This document shows, in pieces, positions 56,411-64,000 of a stretch of 64,000 nt of DNA (position 1 is its first letter; each line of letters begins with the position of its first letter). Both the position numbers and the translations under genes were made by a program. Under the pieces are notes generated by a model. The model ran no database searches. It was not told where the DNA came from and worked only from the letters and a program-made list of their open reading frames with translations. The DNA is from the human T2T-CHM13v2.0 reference genome, Homo sapiens. The DNA lies in assembly GCF_009914755.1 (NCBI RefSeq), contig NC_060926.1; one strand, given 5' to 3'.

Positions 56411-56649
56411 CTCCTTAAAGATCTTCATTGTTTCTTTCAGATTTTATGACCCTGATATATAGGCTATATTAGGGAGACATTGACCCTTTCAACTTTTATA
56501 TAATATGTTAGACATTTAAAGCTATGTGAATTTACTAATTGATATCCTATTGCTTAAGAGTATGATTTTTTTGCTTTTATTATTTAGTTATAAAAACCAC
56601 AAAAAATATATATATAATTTTCATTCACCCAAATCCCCAAAAAGGGGTA

Positions 56650-57060
56650 AACTGACAATGTGTGCATTCTGATATGATGGACTGAGAAGGACACAACATC
56701 ACTTCTGTGGGATTCTGTATACGTCACCTAGATGCACTCTTGAGGAAGCAATCAGTCTAACCCCATTGAGGCACCATACAAAACAACTGGGCAATGCTCC
56801 TTAAGTGTTCCGAGCCATGAGAAACAGAGGATACTGAGCAGCTGTTCTAGAATGAAGTCTAGTGAGACATGAAAAAATTCAGTGTGTATTTCTGATTGGA
56901 TTCTGATCCAGAGCAAGGACAATAATGATAAAATCTACTCTATTCTGCACAGATTGTCTCATGTCCTGCTGCTGATCCTGAATTCAATTCAGGAATACAT
57001 GAATCAATGTTATTTTCCTTATTTGATATTTCCTGATTGAATATTTGGAGATTTAGAAAG
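56650..57060 (+). mobile_element. L1MC4-like 3' fragment
   Basis: 'tgatatgatggactgagaaggacacaacatcacttctgtgg'. Confidence 0.65.
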
Positions 57061-57167
57061 TGTAGGATTACATAAAACCTCCTTTAGGTAAATAACATGA
57101 GAACATGAAGGAAAAAGTCCCAGCAACCATCCTGCAGATAGAAGACCTGGGCTCCAAATGAAGATTG

Positions 57168-57529
<362 letters not shown>

Positions 57530-57573
57530 TCAGCTACATCAGACTGTTGAAAACATTCATGCCTTTAAAATAT

Positions 57574-58089
57574 TGCCTTAGTTTCCTACGACTGCTTTAA
57601 TAAGTTAACAAAAGTGGGTGGCATAAAACAATACACATTTTTTTATTTCACTTATAGTTTTGGCAGACAGAAGTTCAAAATCATTTTCACTGGGCTAAAG
57701 TACAGGTTGTTAGCAGGGCTGTGATCTGGCCAGAGACTCCAGGAAAGAATCCCATTCCCAGCCTTGTCCAACTTCTAGAGCAGCCACTCATGCAGTCCTT
57801 GCTTGATGATCCCTTCCTCCATATTCAAAGCCAACAGTTTTGCATCTTCTTTTTCCATCATAACTTCACCTTCCCTTAATCTGCCTTAAGATCTCCCCCT
57901 GTCTCACTCTTATAAGGACACTTGTGATTTCACTTAAGGCTGGCTCAGATGATCCAGGATATTTTTTCAATCTCAAAATCCTTCGTTTAATCACAGCTGT
58001 AAAGGCCACATTACCATACAGTGCAATGTTCACAGGATCTATGGATTAGGACCTGGATAACTTTGGGGGTCATTATTCAGCCTACCACA
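57574..58089 (-). mobile_element. MLT1C/D-like MaLR solo LTR
   Basis: 'tgccttagtttcct...aagtgggtggcataaaacaa' ... 'gggggtcattattcagcctaccaca'. Confidence 0.85.
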
Positions 58090-58350
58090 GGCATAGAAAG
58101 TCATCTCCATTTTTGCTAGATTTTATTTTTATTCATATCCTCAAGTAGGCCTTGATTCCTGTTCAAGCTGGAACTGAAATTAATAGTTGGGAAGCAGTTA
58201 ATTCTTAATCATCTTTTTAGCAACAAAATACTTACTTATGCTCTCAGAGTGTGTGTCTCACATATTTTCTAAGATTTTGGTAATCTTATGTGTCTCTCGG
58301 GTGAGCTTCTTTGAAGGTAGATGCATGTTATATATTTGGCATATCTCCAG

Positions 58351-58832
58351 TGTGGTAGGCTGAATATTGGTCCCTAAAGATATTCAGATCCCAATTCCTG
58401 GAACCTATGAATGTCACCTTCTATGTGAAAAGGAACTCTGTGGAGGTTATCGGAGGATTTGAGACGGGAAAATTATTCTGGATTATGTGAGTGGGCCCTA
58501 AATGCAGTCACATCGGACCTTAAAAGAGCGAGTAGAGGGAAAATTGACACAGAAGAGGAGAACACAATATGACAATAGGAACAGAGAGTGAAGTGAGTGA
58601 CAGGACCATAGCCAAGGAAAATCGACAGCCACTAGAGTCTAAGAAGGGCAACAGAAAACAAATTATTTCCTGGAGATTCCCAGGGGAGCACAGCTCTGCC
58701 AACACCTTGATTTAGCTATGTAAGACTTAGTTTGGATTTCTGGCCTCTAGAACTGCAAGAAAATAAATGTTTGTTATTTTAAGCCACGAATTTCGTGGTA
58801 ATTTGTTACAACAGTAACAGGAAACCAATATA
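58351..58832 (+). mobile_element. MLT1C/D-like MaLR solo LTR inserted in an L2
   Basis: 'tgtggtaggctgaatattggtccctaaagat' ... 'tttgttacaacagtaacaggaaaccaatata'; TSD tccag/tctag. Confidence 0.85.
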
Positions 58833-60617
58833 TCTAGTAACCAGCTCAGTACCTGACACATAGAAGGAACTCAACGAACGCCTGATAAATGTTAGAAAGG
58901 AAAAAAAAATGGAAGAAAGGGAGGAAGAGGGGGTGGAAGGAAGGATTAAAGTTATAAGAAAAATCAACATTTTGGATATTAAATTAATATTTGCCCTGTT
59001 TTCCTCAACTGGGGAATGTTACTGACCTCCCAATTGAGAATACTTAAGACTTTTTTTTTTTTTCCTTCAGTTAAATGTCTTCTATCGAAGTCTCAGGAAC
59101 TGTATTTTTTAAATCTACATTGGGACAGGAAGACTACATGACATGTTTCACCTTGAGAGGATTTTTGCAGTTGAGTTATAAACTTCTGCAAGAAGAAGTT
59201 ATAGTAAAAGCCAGAGGGGTTGTTTTCTAAGGGAGAGCTTGCAGGCCTGTTCCTGTAATTGGAAAGTGGTTGGAATTTAGAGGTGAAGGTACATCCTCTG
59301 ACTGCCTTAAGAGATTCATTCATTTCTGTCTGAAATTTTTAGGCTGAAAACCACATCACTACAGGCAAAGCCACTTTAAAAAATGTTCTAACGTCTATTA
59401 GCCCCAGGCAAACAATTATTACTTGTTAGATTTAGTGATACATGAAATATGAAAATCCAGATATATGGCTTCACAAATAATATATCCTGACCCATATTGA
59501 ACTCCTTAATTTGTGATATTTAGTGAAAACCTGTAAATGACTTAAAAGGAGCTAGATCTGTCTATAATAAAACACTGGGTGGTTTACTCAAGTGTGAAAT
59601 TAAACAAAACTGAAGATGGAAAGGTTGCAGCAATTAAGCTATTATCCTGTAGACATTTTTCTGTGAGTCCTAAGCTAGGATTCAATTAAAATGAAGATGT
59701 GTTTTTTTTTTGTCTGAAATTATCATTGACTTATTGAGTTTGACAATACTCAACAATGCCTTAATGTTTCCCCAAGTGAAAGAAATCACTTTGCTCTGTC
59801 ATAGAGATAAATGAGGTAAATACATCAGGAGACCCAACTCAATAAGAATATTGATGAAGTTCTGCTTGGATGCATAGACCCTTCAGTCATGAGAGACTTG
59901 TCAGATATCCAAAGTGAGTTCTGTGTTATTGTTTACCAAAAAATGTCTAAAATGAATCTAACCCCCCTATGCTGTAATTTCCTCAATTATTTTTCAGGTT
60001 ATGCTACATTTTTCATTGCGAGCTGCATTAAACCCGAGCTTGAATGAGAAAGGTTTTAAATAAATAAAGTAAAAACAAAATAACTATCCAGCTGAATCCA
60101 GCTCTGTATTTGCTGACTTTTTACTCAAATAATATTTGTCATTTAGATTTTAAAACTAGGCTAATGAGTTATATGTAAAGTATTTCCCCTCATTTTTCAG
60201 GAAAATATTTTATACATTTTTCTTTACACATATGTAATTTTACACAGTATTCAATTACAGAACCGTATAATACACACTGTTTACTTAATGAGGCTAGCAT
60301 TTATTTTGCTTTTTAATTGCCTGCTTCCTTCCTCTTTCCTTCATCTCTTCACCCTTATCACGACCCTTCTAGGTAAACCATGTTAACATCTTCCATACTT
60401 GTCTCTATACTTAGGTGTATCCAAAAATGCATTATGTATATATGCATACGTGGACAAACACATAAACCTAAATTTTAAAATATGTGCACATATTTGAATC
60501 ATGACTTACAAAAATTAAAACATGTCATACACATTTTTCTTCACCTTGTTTTCTCAATACCTGATAAACATTCCTTCCAATAAGCAGCTATAATTCCAAT
60601 CCATTCTTTCTAATGGC

Positions 60618-62517
60618 TTTTTTTTTTCAATTTTTATTTTAGGTTCAAGGAGTACATATGCAGGTTTGCTACATGGGTAAACTGCCTGTCATGGGAGTTT
60701 TGTGTACAGATTATTTCATCACCCAGGTAATGAACATAGTATCAGATAGGTAGTTTTTCAGTTCTCACTCTCCTCCTACCCTCCACCCTCCAGTAGGCCC
60801 GACGTCTACTGTTCCTTTCTTTTTGTCCAAGTGTTCTCAATGTTTAACTCCTGCTTAGCAGTGAGAACATGCAGTATTTGGTTTTCTGTTCCTGTGTTAA
60901 TTGACTTAGGATAATGGCCTCTGGCTCTATCCATGTCCCTGCAAAGGACATGCTTTTGTTCTTTTTTTATGGCTGCATAGTATTGCATGGTGTATAAGTA
61001 CCACATTTTCCTTATCCAGTCCACCATTGATCAGCATCAAGGTTGATCCCATGTCTTTGCTGTCTTTGCTACTGTGAATAGTGTCGCAATGAATATATGT
61101 GTGTTCTTTGAGGAAGTTCTTTGAAAGATCTCCAAACTTCTTTACACTGTGGCTAAATTAATGTACATTCCTACTAGCAGTGTATCAGTTTTCCCTTTTC
61201 TTCAGGACCTCACCAGAATGTTATTTTTGACTTTTCAGTAATAGCCATTCTGACTGGTATGAGATGGTATCTCACTGTGGTTTTGACTTGCATTTCTCTA
61301 AATATTTGTGATGATAAGCATTTTTTTTTCATATGTTTTTTGGCCACATATGTCTTCCTTTGAGAAGTGTCTGTTCGTCTTCTTTGCACATTTTTGGATA
61401 GGGTTGTTCACTCCTTGTTTGTTAATTTGTTGAAGTTCTTTATATATTCTTCATATTAGACCTTTGTGGGATGCAAAATTTGCAAATATTTTCTCCCATT
61501 CTGTAGATTATCTGTTTACTCAATTTTTGTTGTTGTGCAGAAGCTCTTTAGTTTAATTAGGTCCCATTTGTCAATTTTTGTTTTTGTTGCAAAGGCTTTT
61601 GAAAGCTTTGTCATAAAATCTTTGTCAGGGCCTCTGTCCAAGGTGATATTTCCTAGGTTTCCTTTTAGAGTTTTTACAGTTTGAGGTTTTCCATTTAGGT
61701 CTTTAATCTATCTTGAGTTGATTTTTATAAATGGTGAAAGGAAAGAATCTAATTTCAATCTTCTGCATATGATTAGCCAGTTATCCCAGCATCATTTGTT
61801 GAATATGGAGTCTTTTACCTGTTGCTTGTTTTTGTCAGTTTTGTCAAAGATCAGATGGTTGTAGGTTTATGGCTTTCTTTCTGGGATCTCTAACCTGTTG
61901 TATTAGTCTATGTGTCTGTTTTTGTACCAGTACTATGCTGTTTTGGTTACTGTAGCCCTGTAATGTATTTTAAAGTTAGGTATCATGAGGCCTTCATCTT
62001 TGTTTCATTTTTTTTTCCTTAGGATTGCTTTAGCTATTCAAGCTTTTTTTTGGTTCTATATGACATTTGAAATAGTTTATTCTAATTCTGTGAAAAATGT
62101 AATTGGTAGTTTGATAGAAATAGCATTGAATCTGTGAAATTGCTTTGGGCAGTATGGCCATTTAAAAAATACTGATTCTTTCTATCGAAGAGCATGGAAT
62201 GTTTTTCCATTTCTTTATGCCATCTCTGATTTCTTTCAGCAGAGTTTTATAATTCTTATTCTAGAGATGTTTCATCTCCCTGGTGAGCCATATTCCTAGG
62301 TATTTTTTGTATGTGGCTATAGTGAATGGGATTTCATTTTTGATTTTGCTGTCAGCTTGGATGTTATTGGTGTATAGAAATGCTACTGATTTTTGTACAT
62401 TGATTTTATATTTTGAAACTTTGCTGAAGTTATTAGGCCTAGGAGCCTTTTTGCAGAGACTATGAGGTTTTCTAGGTGTGAAATTATATCATTTGTGAAG
62501 ATAAATAGTTTGATGTC
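60618..62517 (-). mobile_element. L1PA14-16-like L1, ~1.9 kb 3' portion, inserted in an older antisense L1M (60330-60617, 62700-63050)
   Basis: poly-T, 'gtacatatgcaggtttgctacatgggtaaactg', antisense ORF2 (ORF 60806-61027 MVDWIRKMWYLYTMQYYAAIKK). Confidence 0.92.
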
Positions 62518-62696
62518 TGTTATGGTTTGGCTGTGTCCCTAGTCCAATCTCATTTTGAACTGTAGCTCCCATAATCCCCATGTGTCATGGTAGGGACTTG
62601 GTAGGAGGTAACTGAATCACGGGGATGGGTTTTTCTCATGCTGTTCTCTTGATAATGAATAAGTCTCATGAGATCTGATGGTTTTATGACGGGGTT
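62518..62696 (+). mobile_element. THE1 LTR, 5' half only
   Basis: 'tgttatggtttggctgtgtccc...gaataagtctcatgagatctgatggttttat', then similarity stops. Confidence 0.9.
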
Positions 62697-63268
62697 GTAT
62701 CTAATGGTTGCATTCATGAACATCCATGGTATAGATGTACCATAATTTGAATAACTACTTTATCATGTTTGGGTATTTTTCTAATATCTAATGCAAGAAA
62801 ATTATTTATTCATAGGTCTCTACTAGTAACCCTTTGGTTTCTATAACATACATTTCTAGATATAAAGTATTGCTTGATGAAAAAGTGTATGTACATTAAA
62901 TTTTAATACCCTCTTTATCATGGCTTAAAAATTAAAGATATAACAATGCATATTCACTCTAGGAGTTTTTAGAGTACTATTTTCTCTGCATCCCCAACAA
63001 AAATAAGTATTGTCATTTTTGCATGTGTTTCTATTTTGATATATATCAGTGATATCTTTTAATTAGCTTAACTTGTGCTATACTACTACATAACTATACT
63101 TCCACCTGATATTGTTACATTTCTGAAAATCATCATTCTTTAGTGAATTTAGAATAAGACAAAACAATTTATAAAGAGGAAAATGAAAGCAACTCCTATG
63201 CAGTAGATGTACGCCTCTGGATGTGAGTGGGAGGGGCACTATTCTCCTTTGGTTTGGGGGAAGCCCAG

Positions 63269-63443
63269 TGTCTTTCTGAATCCAAAGGAGACCTATGCAA
63301 TATGGGAACAGGAATCATCTATGAGCTTTGTACTACCTAATCTTGGCAGTTCATTGTCTTTCTGAATCCAAAGGAGACCTATGCAATATGGGAACAGGAA
63401 TCATCTATGAGCTTTGTACTACCTAATCTTGGCAGTTCATTGT
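63269..63443 (+). repeat. Perfect 86-bp tandem duplication
   Basis: 63269-63354 is identical to 63355-63440; 3-bp TGT microhomology (63441-63443). Confidence 0.97.
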
Positions 63444-64000
63444 TTATTCAATGTTTGCACATCCCTGGGAATTTGGAACTCATTTTATTTGAGTGAGTCC
63501 AGCTGGAGCAACTCTACTATTAGAAATCCATGTATCTGAAGAGTCTACTCCTTACTTCTACTTGTTGATCTTCAATTGTTTTCTTAACAAAATAGATGAA
63601 AAAAATCTAATCTCTCTTCAGTAGGAGTTCATTTAAACATAGTATTTGATGACACTTAGCACTTATTAAGAATTGTTTTCTTCTCTATGTATCTTCATGT
63701 ATTTCAACCATTCCTCAGAAAAAAAAATAAAGTCTCACCACTGGCACTTCCATTTTCTATTACAGCTCTCTTCCTTCAGCAAATATTTAACTTATTACAA
63801 GATACTAAGAGAAAAAAACAACAACAAAATGAAAACGTCATATGATTCCATTCAAAGAAATACTTAAAATAGTATTTTACCAATTGTGTTTCTAGATATG
63901 AGGAACTAGGAAACAGTTTCCATGCCTGTCACAAATGTGAATTCTCCCACTAGAGAAAGCAGAAATTGCAGAAACTGAGCCCAAGAATCTGAAAGCATTT

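Noticed and set aside
59051-59295. Strong plus-strand acceptor (T-run+ccttcag)
   Set aside because: A mononucleotide T run explains it; only weak donors and no support for an exon

Overview
AT-rich human genomic DNA. A near-consensus AluYa5-type element and an L1PA2 indicate human origin. The window is intronic or intergenic, and I found no convincing protein-coding exon, RNA gene or prokaryote-type system. The listed ORFs are mostly explained by Alu/L1 remnants, GC-rich LTRs or chance. The window is a patchwork of interspersed repeats: old L1M/L2/MIR, four L1PA insertions, six Alus, solo LTRs (MER52A, LTR1-family, THE1, MLT1, LTR16, LTR33-like) and a Tigger2 MITE, many with readable target-site duplications (TSDs). 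Most notable observations: (1) a perfect palindromic oestrogen response element (GGTCACAGTGACC, 10743-10755) in a CpG-retaining unique stretch; (2) minus-strand exon candidates plus a + strand bias of young L1/LTRs, suggesting a minus-strand host transcript; (3) a young, possibly polymorphic AluYa5 and a perfect 86-bp tandem duplication; (4) a twin-primed L1 with a 28-bp duplicated inversion junction; (5) a ~220-bp segment copied into a GGAA microsatellite; (6) several templated-insertion or fold-back repair scars. Repeat subfamily names come from recalled consensus sequences, and boundaries of ancient repeats are approximate. I could not identify the locus.
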